A stretch of 64,000 bases of DNA from an uncultured Gemmatimonadota bacterium (lineage in GTDB: Bacteria; JAAXHH01). Within the stretch, counting starts at the first letter, position 1. Every line of letters begins with the position of its first letter. This document shows, in pieces, positions 32,775 to 42,924 of this stretch. Location of the stretch: NCBI GenBank assembly GCA_951812955.1, contig OX638340.1:1632001-1696000 (forward strand). The letters run 5' to 3'. The position numbers were made by a program, and so were the translations under genes. The notes under the pieces are model-generated. The model did not search any database and had not been told where the DNA came from. It was given only the letters and a program-made list of their open reading frames with translations.

Positions 32775-33353
32775 TCAATTCCCTATAAAGCTGAAGCGCA
32801 CCAGGTTGTCGGGGAATCGACCGAAATGCTGGGGTATTATCTCGTAAGAGCGCCAGGCGCGTTGCCAGGCGTATCGGGGCGTGCCTATCCTCCTGGCAAC
32901 CGGACCGGCTATGGGCTCAATCAGGGTCTTGTTTCCGCGGAAGTCGGTGACGCGGACTTTGATCTTCCCGGTTTCCATGGGCATGTCGCTGGCCAGCACC
33001 AATCTGATACTCCTGAACTGGTCATAGCGGCCGCCATAGATCGTCCCAACCAGGGAAACCCGTATACCCTCCAGCGTCTTATCGTGGGCGATCTCGACTT
33101 CCTCGGGCAGGGCCAGCACCTTGCAGCCTTCGAGGTCAGGTGATATGAACTCCACGCTCGTCAGGTTCTCCGCTCGTCTGGTCTGAATCGTGTACAACCA
33201 GTTGTCTGGTCCGGCCGGCAGGACGGTCACGTTCACAAGGTCCTTTGATTCTGCGAGCGTGGGCCGGTGCGTAGCGCAGCCGACGGCCGATATCACGACG
33301 AAGGACAGTGTGACGGCGACAACGGCGATTCGTTGGATGCTGAGGAGAGTCAT
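32775..33353 (-). CDS. Hypothetical lipoprotein
   Basis: Signal plus lipobox (VVISAVGCA). I recognise no family. Confidence 0.4.
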   Translation of the reverse strand: MTLLSIQRIAVVAVTLSFVVISAVGCATHRPTLAESKDLVNVTVLPAGPDNWLYTIQTRRAENLTSVEFISPDLEGCKVLALPEEVEIAHDKTLEGIRVSLVGTIYGGRYDQFRSIRLVLASDMPMETGKIKVRVTDFRGNKTLIEPIAGPVARRIGTPRYAWQRAWRSYEIIPQHFGRFPDNLVRFSFIGN

Positions 33354-33587
33354 GTTTCACCTCCGGGCGTGTATTTAACTCCATTACGCAGCAGAATCCT
33401 CAAGGCAAACTTTATGCTTGTATGCAGTCATTATGGTTAGACGCGCGATTGCCTGGACAGTTCCCCCTTACAAGCCTGACCGGACTGCGTAGTTGGACGG
33501 GCCACCAAGGCTGACCAGGCCGCGGAATCGACCCGTCTTCCGGTGCCCGAAAACGACGCCGGCCGGACCACGGCCTCCAGAACCAAA

Positions 33588-34526
33588 TCAAGCCGCCGGC
33601 TTGCCCCGTTCCGCCGTGATCTTCCTCCCCGGCCTGAAGTACGTCTGCAGGACTTCCAGGAAACTCCGGGCCGCTCGTGACAGGTACCGCCCTTTTAGGT
33701 AGATCGCGCCCATCTTCTGCCGCGGACGGTTTCGAAAGTCGCTGATGGACACCTGCGCGAGCGTGCCGTTTTCCAGCTCTTCCTGGATGGCGACGGAGGG
33801 AACGATGGACAGGCCCGCCTCGATGCGCACGAAGTGCTTGATTACTTCGATCGAACTCAGTTCCATCGCCACGTCGAGCCGCACCCTGGATTGCTCGCAC
33901 AAATCGTCGATCAGCTTCCGGGAGGCGCAGTGCTGGTCGAGCAGGATCAGCGGATATTGCTCCATATCCTTGAGATGCACGGTCCGCCGGTCCGCCAGCG
34001 GATGACCTGGCGGCGTGATCAGCACGTCATGGCGGGAGAACAGCGGGATCGCCTCGATCTCCCGGGGCAGATAGGCCAGCGTGACCACGCCGAGGTCCAC
34101 CTCGCCGTCGACCACTGTCTGGATGGTCCGCAATGACGTGGCATTCTTTACGACGATGTCGATTCCGGGATAGCGGTCCTGGAAGGACTTGAGTATGGCC
34201 GGCAGGCGGTAGCATCCGGTGGTGTCCGACGTGCAGAGCACGAGACGGCCGGCCTCGAGGCGATCCAGGTCTTCCAGTTCCTGAACGGCCTCTTTCATCA
34301 GTCCTTCCATCTCACTCATGTATTTAAGCAGTACCTTCCCTGCCTCGGTGAGCGCGAGATGGCGGGTCGTCCGATGGAACAGTGGCTGGCCGATTTCGCC
34401 TTCGAGCTTGGCCACCTGGATGCTCACGGCCGACTGGGACCGGAAGAGGGCTTTTGCCGCCAGGGAAAAACTGCCGTGACGGGCTACGGCATGAAATGCG
34501 ACGGCTTGATCGTAGGACAGGTTCAT
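33588..34526 (-). CDS. LysR-family transcriptional regulator
   Basis: N-terminal HTH (SFSLAAKALFRSQSAVSIQVAKLE) and a C-terminal LysR substrate-binding domain. Divergent from the downstream IMPDH-family gene. Confidence 0.9.
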   Translation of the reverse strand: MNLSYDQAVAFHAVARHGSFSLAAKALFRSQSAVSIQVAKLEGEIGQPLFHRTTRHLALTEAGKVLLKYMSEMEGLMKEAVQELEDLDRLEAGRLVLCTSDTTGCYRLPAILKSFQDRYPGIDIVVKNATSLRTIQTVVDGEVDLGVVTLAYLPREIEAIPLFSRHDVLITPPGHPLADRRTVHLKDMEQYPLILLDQHCASRKLIDDLCEQSRVRLDVAMELSSIEVIKHFVRIEAGLSIVPSVAIQEELENGTLAQVSISDFRNRPRQKMGAIYLKGRYLSRAARSFLEVLQTYFRPGRKITAERGKPAA

Positions 34527-34637
34527 TTATATATTATCTCAATAATGCATATTGATTTTATTAATTTGACTAATATATAAATCTGCATATTATGTCAAGA
34601 CGAAATCGGCGGAACGATGTATATTGACTGACTCGAT

Positions 34638-34697
34638 TGGTTGACTCGAAAGTTGACTCGAAAGTGGACTCGAAAGTGGACTCGAAGAAGGACCCGT
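34638..34697. repeat. 12-bp tandem direct repeat, 5 copies (T[TG]GACTCGAAAG), in the LysR / IMPDH-family divergent intergenic region
   Basis: Seen directly: TGACTCGATTGG TTGACTCGAAAG TTGACTCGAAAG TGGACTCGAAAG TGGACTCGAAGA. An AT-rich tract lies just upstream (34540..34610). Confidence 0.6.
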
Positions 34698-34784
34698 AAT
34701 CCGGATCAGCACAACCCTGGATAACCGTACCGGGAATCCAATAGGGGTAATGGAACCTCAAACGGTTTCCCACGGAGGACATAC

Positions 34785-36272
34785 ATGGCGCACATAGCCT
34801 CTACCGTTTCTCACAGTCTTAAGGAATACCGCCTTTTGCCGCGCCTTACTCAGGCCGATGCAAATGCCCAGCTCGTGTCGCTGGAGACGCGCCTTTGCCG
34901 GCACGGAGACGGCTACGTCACGCTGCGCACACCCTTTCTCAGCGCGGCCATGCAGGCGGTTACCAGCGTGGAACTGGCCATCGCAATGGCCCAGTTGGGT
35001 GGCATGGGCGTGTTCGCCGTGAGCCAGACTGTTGAAGAGCAGTGCACCAGGATCGACGCGGTGAAACGGTTCAAGGCCGGGTTCCAGACGGATATCGTGA
35101 CGCTGTCGCCGCAGCAGTCCATTGGTGAGGTGATCGGGATCATGAACGATACCGGTTATCACACCTTCCCCGTGACGGATACCGGCGTATTCCACGGCAA
35201 GCTGGTCGGCGTGATCACGGACAAGGACTTCGACGAACGGTACGACCAGGACATGCGCGTGGGCGACCGCATGAAGACGGACGTGCAGACCGGTGCCGCG
35301 GAAGACGACCTGAAGACCGCCAACACGCGAATGATCGAATACGGCCGCGGGTTCCTGCCCATGGTTTCCTCCGAAGGGACGCTGGTATCGGTCGTGTTCA
35401 AGCGGGACCTCGACAAGCACATCCGCCATCCCCACTCCACGGAAGACGCGCAAAAGCGCCTAGTGGTCGGCGCCGCCGTATCGACCCATCCGGAGGACCG
35501 CGAACGGGTGGAGGCGCTGATCGAACACCAGGCAGACGTGATCGTCATCGACGCCTCCGACGGCCACACGGAATACCAGGGCGAGACGCTGAAATGGATC
35601 AAGTCCCATTATGACATCCCCGTAATCGCGGGGAACGTGGTGACGCGGGACGGCTTCGACTACCTGGCCGGCAGCGGGGCGGACGCCGTGAAGATCGGCA
35701 TGGGCATCGCGTCCGGCTGCACGACGCAGATGGTGAAGGCCACCGGTCGCGGACAGGCTACCGCCATCCAGGAAGTCGCCGCGGCCCGGGACGAATGGGC
35801 GCGGACCACGGGCGACTACCTTCCACTCGTGGGCGATGGGAGCATACAGGGACCGGCGGATATGCTCATCGCCCTGTCCCTGGGCGCCGACACACTCATG
35901 ATGGGCAACCTCCTGGCGCGGTTTACCGAGAGCCATGGCGAACTCGTCCGAAACGCAGCCGGGGACCTGGTCAAGGAATACTGGATGGAGGGCAGCCGGA
36001 AGGCCTTCAACAACCGGCGCTACGCCCAGCTCGCAAGTACCTTCTTCGAGGAAGGCATAGTCGGCCAGGTGCCCCACTCGGGGTCGGTCTACGACAAGCT
36101 GCCCATCGTCGTCCAGATGCTTAAATCCGGCATGGCCTCGGCGGGCTGTGCCGACATTGAGGCACTGCACCGGGACGCCATCCTGGAACTGCAGTCCAAC
36201 GTGTCCCTTGAAGACAGCGGCGTGCACGACATGTCCGCCGTCCAGTCCATCCAGGAATTCGGGATTACCTAG
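34785..36272 (+). CDS. IMP dehydrogenase/GMP reductase family protein with CBS pair
   Basis: TIM-barrel IMPDH pattern with inserted CBS domains. The catalytic-loop Cys is retained (GIASGCTTQ) and the C-terminal GSxxD region is present. 495 aa. It may not be the housekeeping guaB. Confidence 0.7.
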   Translation: MAHIASTVSHSLKEYRLLPRLTQADANAQLVSLETRLCRHGDGYVTLRTPFLSAAMQAVTSVELAIAMAQLGGMGVFAVSQTVEEQCTRIDAVKRFKAGFQTDIVTLSPQQSIGEVIGIMNDTGYHTFPVTDTGVFHGKLVGVITDKDFDERYDQDMRVGDRMKTDVQTGAAEDDLKTANTRMIEYGRGFLPMVSSEGTLVSVVFKRDLDKHIRHPHSTEDAQKRLVVGAAVSTHPEDRERVEALIEHQADVIVIDASDGHTEYQGETLKWIKSHYDIPVIAGNVVTRDGFDYLAGSGADAVKIGMGIASGCTTQMVKATGRGQATAIQEVAAARDEWARTTGDYLPLVGDGSIQGPADMLIALSLGADTLMMGNLLARFTESHGELVRNAAGDLVKEYWMEGSRKAFNNRRYAQLASTFFEEGIVGQVPHSGSVYDKLPIVVQMLKSGMASAGCADIEALHRDAILELQSNVSLEDSGVHDMSAVQSIQEFGIT

Positions 36273-36283
36273 TTCGGGGGGAC

Positions 36284-36955
36284 ATGAAGACTGTCTTTTT
36301 CGATCTGTTCGAAACCCTGATTACCGAAAAAACAAGAAGCGCATACCGGACAAGAACCCCGATATACGTGAAACTGCGAACCACGCAGGATCGGCTTTCA
36401 AGGTATTGGGTGGACTTCGGTGATCGCGTTATGACCGGCGGGTTTCCGGATTTCACCGCCATGTTCTCACACATCCGGGAAGAAGTCGGATCACCGGTGA
36501 CTGACCGGGAAATTTCCGAGTTGGCTCAGGATTACGAGCGCAGGAAACAAATCGTATTGTCTACGGTTGATCCCCAGGTCTTCGAGATGTTGAACGAGGT
36601 AAGGACCCTGGGACTAAGCATCGGTGTCATCAGCAACGCCATGCCGGAGGAAGCGCTGGCGTGGAAATCCTGTCCGCTACAGGATCACGTGGACGACGTG
36701 GTATTCTCCTGCAAAGTCGGGTTGATGAAACCGGACAGCAAGATCTATGAGTTCGCCTGTACACGTATGGATATACGGCCGTCCGATGCGTACTTTGTCG
36801 GAGATGGCGGCTTTGACGAACTGCGCGGGGCGGCCTCTGTCGGCATGAAGGCTATACAGGCGGCCTGGTACCTGCAGCAGGAAGTGGCATGGCCCTGGGA
36901 CCATCCCCTGCCCCAGGCGGAATCGATGGAAGACCTGCCGGCCATGTTGAGATAG
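36284..36955 (+). CDS. HAD-superfamily hydrolase
   Basis: Motif I FFDLFETL (DxF/DxT type) at the N-terminus and GDGxxD near the C-terminus. Confidence 0.7.
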   Translation: MKTVFFDLFETLITEKTRSAYRTRTPIYVKLRTTQDRLSRYWVDFGDRVMTGGFPDFTAMFSHIREEVGSPVTDREISELAQDYERRKQIVLSTVDPQVFEMLNEVRTLGLSIGVISNAMPEEALAWKSCPLQDHVDDVVFSCKVGLMKPDSKIYEFACTRMDIRPSDAYFVGDGGFDELRGAASVGMKAIQAAWYLQQEVAWPWDHPLPQAESMEDLPAMLR

Positions 36956-36981
36956 CGCCTGTTGAATTAGCGGACCGCGCC

Positions 36982-37428
36982 ATGAATATCCCCCAACTGA
37001 AGCGCAAACTGCGCCAACTCAAGCAGACCGAGTGTCGCATCCGGTTCAGGGCCCGTCCTCGTGAAGACCACCAGTCGCTGGTATGGGACGCCTTCTTCTC
37101 CACGCGGACCGCGAACGACACCCGGGTCGCTTATCCGCTGAATCGGCTGGTGAAAATGGATCAAGACGAGATCAAGACGGTTTACGAGGCCTTCTTCTAC
37201 CGGGTGTATTTCCAGTACTTCAAGGAGCATGGCCTTTCTATGGCCGATGCGTACGACCCCGGTCTGCTTTCTCTCCTGGGCCTGCAACCTTACGCGACGC
37301 TCCAGGACATCAAAAAGCGGTATCGCGAACTGGCCCAGGTCCACCACCCGGATCACGGCGGCGATCACGACGCCTTCATCGAGGTCGTGAACGCCTATGA
37401 ACGGTTGACGGACAATGGCCATCCTTGA
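36982..37428 (+). CDS. J-domain (DnaJ-like) protein, orphan
   Basis: C-terminal J domain with HPD motif (LQPYATLQDIKKRYRELAQVHHPDHGGDHDAFIEVVNAYERL). I chose the start at MNIPQ; the ORF track begins at 36889, overlapping the HAD gene. Confidence 0.6.
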   Translation: MNIPQLKRKLRQLKQTECRIRFRARPREDHQSLVWDAFFSTRTANDTRVAYPLNRLVKMDQDEIKTVYEAFFYRVYFQYFKEHGLSMADAYDPGLLSLLGLQPYATLQDIKKRYRELAQVHHPDHGGDHDAFIEVVNAYERLTDNGHP

Positions 37429-37641
37429 TCTTCCCGCGGAATCCATCCATATTCCTGGTATCCGGTTCGAACCGCAAGCGCGGTCTTACGTCAAGATCGC
37501 ATCCGCGGTGTCACGATCTCATACGCGTTCGCGGCTCTGAGATCAGACCCGGCTAGTAAGTTCAAGCCGAATTCGCAGTTCCATTCGAACACCGCACAAC
37601 CCTTTCTGAAAACCGTTGCATTATTCCGCAGGAGTTTTTCA

Positions 37642-39525
37642 ATGAAACCCATGGCATGCCCCGTCTTCTTCGTAGGCCTGCTGGTCCTCTTCCTTCTCCC
37701 CGGTGTAGTCTCCGGCCAAACCAACGCCGACGCGCGGTACATAGTAGAGAACTATGAGAAGCTGGAGCGCTATGTCCCCATGCGCGACGGTACCAGACTG
37801 TTCACCTCCATCTACGTGCCGAAGGACGATTCGCGGACCTATCCCATCCTGCTGCAACGCACGCCTTACAGCGTGGCGCCCTACGGAGCGGCGTACAAAT
37901 CACGGATCGGTCCGTCCATGCTGTTCGCCCGGGAAGGGTACATCATCGCATACCAGGACGTGCGCGGCCGTATGATGTCGGAAGGCGAATTCGAAGCGGT
38001 GCGACCCCATGACCCTGACAAGGCATCGGACGCCGACATCGACGAAAGCACCGATACCCATGATACGGTGTCCTGGCTGCTGGGAAACGTGCCGGGCCAC
38101 AACGGCCGCGTGGGCGTATGGGGCATATCGGCACCGGGTTTCTACGCCACCCACGCCCTGATCGGCGCCCATCCCGCCGTGAAGATCGTATCGCCCCAGG
38201 CGCCCGTTACCGACTGGTGGATCGGCGACGACCGCCATCACAACGGCGCCTTCCAGCTGCAGGCCACCTTCAGTTTCCTGTCCTTCTACGGCGCCCCGCG
38301 CCCTGAGCCGACGACCCAGCGGGCATCGGGCTTTCGGGACTACGGCACGCCGGACGGCTACCAATGGTACCTCGATCTCGGGCCCCTGTCGAACATCAAC
38401 GAGAAATACCTCCACGGGAAAAACAAGATCTGGAACGACATGATGGAGCATCCCGATTACGACGAATTCTGGCAGGCCCGCACGCCGTTGCCCCACCTTA
38501 GAGACGTCAGGCCGGCTGTGCTCGTGGTCGGCGGTTTCTTCGACGCCCAGGACTTGTACGGTCCGCTGAAAACCTATGCAGCCGTGGAGGACAACAATCC
38601 CGGATCCGTAAATCACCTCGTCATGGGGCCGTGGTGGCACGGCGGGTGGGCGCGGGGAGACGGCCTGCGGTACCAGGACATCTATTTCGACCAGCCCACG
38701 GCGGCGCATTACCGGGAAACCATCGAACTGCCCTTCTTCAATCACTACCTCAAAGACGGTCCCGATCCGGAGCTGCCTGAGGCCAGCATCTTCGTCACGG
38801 GTTCGAACCGGTGGCACGCCTTCGACCACTGGCCGCCCAGGGAGGCGCGCGACGCGTACCTCTACCTTGCACCCGGCGGCGGACTGTCCTTCGACCGGCC
38901 GGCGGGTGTGGACGACTTCGCCGAATACGTCAGCGATCCAGCGAAACCCGTGCCCCACACGTCCCAGATCGTCATCAACCGGGACGACCGCTACCTCATC
39001 CAGGACCAGCGGTTCGCTTCAACCCGTTCGGACGTGCTCGTTTTCGAGTCGGATGTGCTGCAGGAGGACATAACCGTGACGGGAGATCTGTTCGCCAACC
39101 TGTACGTGACCACGACAGGCGAGGACGCGGATTTCATCGTAAAGCTGATCGACGTGTACCCCGATACGGCGAGCTACGTGGGAGAAAACCCCATGAACGT
39201 GAAGATGGGCGGATTCCAGCTCATGGTGCGGGGCGAGGTCATGCGGGCGCGGTACCGGAACAGTTTCACCTACCCAGAGCCCATGAGGCCGGGGGAAGTC
39301 ACGAATATCGAATTCGACATGCAGGACGTGGCCCACACATTCAAGGCGGGACACCGCATGATGGTCCAGGTCCAGAGCACGTGGTTCCCCATGGTGGACC
39401 GCAATCCCCAGACCTGGGTGCAAAGTATCTACGAGGCGAAGGAAGAGGACTACCAGGCGGCTACGCACCGGATCTACTTCTCACGGAACGCGCCTTCCCA
39501 CCTCAGGATGAAGCTGCTGGAATGA
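37642..39525 (+). CDS. CocE/NonD-family hydrolase (S15 X-Pro dipeptidyl-peptidase-like), secreted
   Basis: Signal peptide. N-terminal alpha/beta-hydrolase segment resembling CocE/NonD (LQRTPYSVAPYG...GISAPGFYATHA contains the GxSxxG nucleophile elbow). 627 aa. Confidence 0.75.
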   Translation: MKPMACPVFFVGLLVLFLLPGVVSGQTNADARYIVENYEKLERYVPMRDGTRLFTSIYVPKDDSRTYPILLQRTPYSVAPYGAAYKSRIGPSMLFAREGYIIAYQDVRGRMMSEGEFEAVRPHDPDKASDADIDESTDTHDTVSWLLGNVPGHNGRVGVWGISAPGFYATHALIGAHPAVKIVSPQAPVTDWWIGDDRHHNGAFQLQATFSFLSFYGAPRPEPTTQRASGFRDYGTPDGYQWYLDLGPLSNINEKYLHGKNKIWNDMMEHPDYDEFWQARTPLPHLRDVRPAVLVVGGFFDAQDLYGPLKTYAAVEDNNPGSVNHLVMGPWWHGGWARGDGLRYQDIYFDQPTAAHYRETIELPFFNHYLKDGPDPELPEASIFVTGSNRWHAFDHWPPREARDAYLYLAPGGGLSFDRPAGVDDFAEYVSDPAKPVPHTSQIVINRDDRYLIQDQRFASTRSDVLVFESDVLQEDITVTGDLFANLYVTTTGEDADFIVKLIDVYPDTASYVGENPMNVKMGGFQLMVRGEVMRARYRNSFTYPEPMRPGEVTNIEFDMQDVAHTFKAGHRMMVQVQSTWFPMVDRNPQTWVQSIYEAKEEDYQAATHRIYFSRNAPSHLRMKLLE

Positions 39526-39614
39526 CGCCGGTGAAGACCGGACGAAGCCGTCTGGCGGGTAGGGAGACACAGTGGTTTGGGCTGGTCGATCGGCGCGATT
39601 GAATGCCGGGACCG

Positions 39615-40748
39615 TCAGACGAAATTAAATCCGTACCAGGGCAGTTGGAGGGGAAAGACGCTTTCCAGCGCGGTCCGAAGCGGTCCGGATGCAATCGCCT
39701 TGATCGGATCCTCATCGGGCGGCATCACGCCGAAGACCAGCGTGCCCAGATCGCCCGATGCGATCGTATGTTCCTGGCCACCACATCGAAGAACCACCGA
39801 TCCTTCCGTAACATCCCAGGCCAACGCGCCCGGTCCCAGTACATCGCCGATGTATTCCGCGAACAAGGTCAGCAGCCGCTCAGGCTGCAGGACGAGGACG
39901 GTACCCGTGAATCCCTGGGGTGACGGGGTAATACCACGGGATCGAAGGAGGGAAGCCAGTTCGAGGTCGGCGCCCGTCGTCACGATTTCGAGGGAACCCG
40001 CGCCGTATAGATCGAGGAGGGCAGGAAGCGCGCGGACGAGGGCGGCCCTGGAACCCGCGATCTCCACGATTCTTGCGCGTCCGGCTTCTTCTTCTTCACG
40101 GCCGGCCCTGGGTTTCTGGATGCCGGCATAGGCAACCGCGCGCCCATCCTGGCGGATCACCAAGGTTTCCCCGTCCCGGTCACAGATCCACGCCGCTTCC
40201 ACCACCTTCTTCAGATCGGCAGTAGACCGGACGTACCGGCTGGATTCCTTCGCGTATAGCCGCGTCATGGCGGTCAGATCCGACGGCTTCGCCGGCCTGA
40301 TGTCCGTCCGTGCCGAGGACAGAACGCCCCGTCGTACGGCATACGCGGCATACTGGCCGATCCGCTTCGCACCGAGGCGGGTGTACAGCCCTCGTCCTCC
40401 CGAAATCGGCATGAGCACTGCGTCCTGATCTTTGGCCTTCCGGATCGCCGCCGCCATCAACCGCGTCGCCAGGCCCTGGCCCCGGTGGGACTCGTAGGTC
40501 GCCACCGCGCCGATGCTCATGACGGTCATCCGGCTACCCATCACCGAGATGTCCCGCGTCAACGCGCCCACGTGGGAGACCACCCTGCCTTCGTCGACCA
40601 TGACAAGGAGGTGGTCGAAGTTCTCCGGCGCGAACAGGAGGGGATACTGTTCCTCCATCCGGCCAGCGCCGTCGCCGCGGAAAATGGTGTTGACCAGTTT
40701 GCACAGCGACTCGTACTCGGGCGCTTTCAGCCCACGTGGACCTTCCAT
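39615..40748 (-). CDS. GNAT-family N-acetyltransferase with Eis-like architecture (GNAT plus C-terminal SCP2-like region)
   Basis: 377 aa. Acetyl-CoA binding motif RGQGLATRLMAAAI. Confidence 0.6.
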   Translation of the reverse strand: MEGPRGLKAPEYESLCKLVNTIFRGDGAGRMEEQYPLLFAPENFDHLLVMVDEGRVVSHVGALTRDISVMGSRMTVMSIGAVATYESHRGQGLATRLMAAAIRKAKDQDAVLMPISGGRGLYTRLGAKRIGQYAAYAVRRGVLSSARTDIRPAKPSDLTAMTRLYAKESSRYVRSTADLKKVVEAAWICDRDGETLVIRQDGRAVAYAGIQKPRAGREEEEAGRARIVEIAGSRAALVRALPALLDLYGAGSLEIVTTGADLELASLLRSRGITPSPQGFTGTVLVLQPERLLTLFAEYIGDVLGPGALAWDVTEGSVVLRCGGQEHTIASGDLGTLVFGVMPPDEDPIKAIASGPLRTALESVFPLQLPWYGFNFV

Positions 40749-41028
40749 ATAGCCGACTCCTCCAATTTACTTCCGACCTGCGACCCGGGGCGAGTCCCGG
40801 CCCAGCCGCGTCAAGACACACCTCAAAGCAGGACCCTGTCCCTCCGGGTTCTTTGACAAACAGTCCACGCTCTATATATTCCCGTTTGTCAGGGGTGTCA
40901 AGAACGGCGGCGTGTCGCCTTCTCGCGACCGTATGGACCGGTGGCAACCACCTGTCGGCAACCTGTAAAATCCGTGCGCATGTCCATCCAACCGCATCCT
41001 CGCCCAAACCGTGTACAATTCAAGCCCA

Positions 41029-41714
41029 TGTTCATCTCCGAGATCTTCCATTCCATACAGGGCGAGGGCCTGCTGACCGGCGTTCCGTCCGTTTTCATCC
41101 GCACCTCCGGATGCAACCTGCGCTGCCGCTGGTGCGATACACCCTACACCTCCTGGTCGCCCGAAGGAAAGGAGCGGTCCGTGGATGAGATCATGGCGGC
41201 AATCGGTGACTTTCCGTCTCGTCACGCCGTGATCACCGGGGGCGAGCCGCTGCTCATGAAGGACCTGCCTGAACTTACGAAAAGACTCGGCGACGGAGGA
41301 TACCACGTCACCATCGAAACCGCGGGTACCGTGTTTGGCGACCTGCGCTGTGACCTGGCCTCCATCAGTCCCAAGCTGTCCAATTCCACGCCGTGGGCCG
41401 AGGAGGACGGTAAGTTCGCCCGGAGTCACGAACGGCTCAGAATCAACCTCCCCGTCCTGGGCAGGTTCATGGCGGCCTATCCCTACCAGTTGAAATTCGT
41501 GGTCGACCACCAGGACGACCTGGACGAAGTCGAATCGCTGATTTTGGAGCTGGAAGGGGTCGACCGAACCCGGGTGCTGCTCATGCCCCAGGGGCGGACC
41601 GCCGGGGAGTTGAGCAGCAGGGGCGCCTGGGTTGCCGAGGCCTGCAAGTCGCGCGGCTTCCGGTACTGCCCCCGGGTGCACATCGATCTCTACGGGGACA
41701 CCCGCGGGACTTGA
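41029..41714 (+). CDS. queE: 7-carboxy-7-deazaguanine synthase (radical SAM)
   Basis: MFISEIFHSIQGEGLLTGVPSVFIRTSGCNLRCRWCDTPY matches the QueE N-terminus and CxxxCxxC cluster. I chose the start at 41029; the ORF track extends to 40941. Confidence 0.85.
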
Positions 41715-41955
41715 CTTCTTGCCAATTCTTGCTTGTCTGACGGCCCTTTCCGGCATATCTTGTGCGGTTGCGGGGAAACCGGCCGGATTGGCCGGATCGG
41801 CATGTTGACCAGGCCTGAACATCGACGTGCGGGAGCCCGCTGAATAACTCGCGGCCCGGAGGCTGCCGGGGCCTGGAGGCTGCCGGGGCGAGACGGGCCG
41901 CATCGAGACGGAACGGGCATCATCGGATCAAGACGCGCCTCATCAGGGAGCAGAT

Positions 41956-42924
41956 ATGGACGACCATGGCAGGGACTGGGACCGGGGACTCGTTAGCTAT
42001 CCGGATCCGAACGTCGAGATCATCGACGACCGGTTCAAACCCTACGTGATTCACACGGCGGGGATCGAGCGGCTGTTCACCGGTACTCGGTGGTCGGAAG
42101 GACCCGTGTGGATCGGCGACGCCCGGTGCCTGGTGTGGAGCGACATCCCGAACAACCGGATGCTCCGCTGGGACGAAGAGACGAGCGACGTCAGCGTCTT
42201 CCGGCTGCCGTCCAACAACACGAACGGCAATACGCGCGACCGTCAGGGCCGGCTGGTCTCCTGCGAACATGATTCCCGCCGGGTGACCCGCACCGAACAC
42301 GACGGGACGATTACCGTGCTGATCGATCGGTTCGACGGCAAGCGGCTCAACGCGCCGAACGACGTGGTGGTGCGTTCCGATGGTTCGATATGGTTCACCG
42401 ACCCGGGGTACGGCATCCTGATGAATTACGAAGGACACAAGGCCGAATTCGAACAGCCCACCCGCGTGTATCGCCTGGACCCGGTCACGGGCGATGCGAC
42501 GGTCATCGCGGATGACTTCCTGAGACCCAACGGCATTTGCTTCTCCCCCGACGAATCACGTCTATACGTTGTAGATACAGGCGCCTCCCACGATCCAGAC
42601 GGCCCCGCCCACATCCGGGTGCTGGATATCGATGGCGACCGGGTTACGAATTCGCGGGTGTTCGCCGACATGAAACCGGCCTCGTCCGACGGCGTTCGGA
42701 CGGACGTGGACGGCAACCTCTGGGCCGCTTCGGGTTGGGGCGGACCCGAAACGAACGGCGTGATCTGTTTTTCGCCGGAAGGCGACAGGCTCGGCATGAT
42801 CCACCTTCCCGAACCCTGCGCGAACCTTTGCTTCGGCGGCGTGAAGAAGAACCGCCTGTTCATGACCGCCAGCCAGTCCCTGTACGCCCTTTACTTAGAA
42901 ACCCAGGGAGCGCAACGGCCGTGA
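41956..42924 (+). CDS. SMP-30/gluconolactonase/LRE-family protein
   Basis: Six-bladed propeller signature segments (EGPVWxxxxxxLxWSDI ... NGICFSPDESRLYVVDT). Confidence 0.8.
   Translation: MDDHGRDWDRGLVSYPDPNVEIIDDRFKPYVIHTAGIERLFTGTRWSEGPVWIGDARCLVWSDIPNNRMLRWDEETSDVSVFRLPSNNTNGNTRDRQGRLVSCEHDSRRVTRTEHDGTITVLIDRFDGKRLNAPNDVVVRSDGSIWFTDPGYGILMNYEGHKAEFEQPTRVYRLDPVTGDATVIADDFLRPNGICFSPDESRLYVVDTGASHDPDGPAHIRVLDIDGDRVTNSRVFADMKPASSDGVRTDVDGNLWAASGWGGPETNGVICFSPEGDRLGMIHLPEPCANLCFGGVKKNRLFMTASQSLYALYLETQGAQRP

Noticed and set aside
34638-34697. A possible CRISPR array, considering this repeat together with the repeats at 43721-43789 and 52370-52424.
   Set aside because: All are perfect head-to-tail tandem repeats with no unique spacers, only 3-5 copies, and units of 12-23 bp. 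That is not CRISPR architecture, and no cas genes are present.
40941-41028. N-terminal extensions of listed ORFs for queE (40941), the HAD-like gene (42537) and the lipoprotein (44498).
   Set aside because: The conserved protein N-termini begin at downstream Met codons (MFISEIF at 41029, MLLFDFDG, MKVKAYE at 44915). The extensions overlap upstream genes and translate to low-complexity sequence.
41860-41890. Direct repeat GGAGGCTGCCGGGG x2 between queE and the gluconolactonase-family gene.
   Set aside because: It is short, GC-rich and has only two copies. That is likely chance in a 60+% GC genome, with no associated structure.
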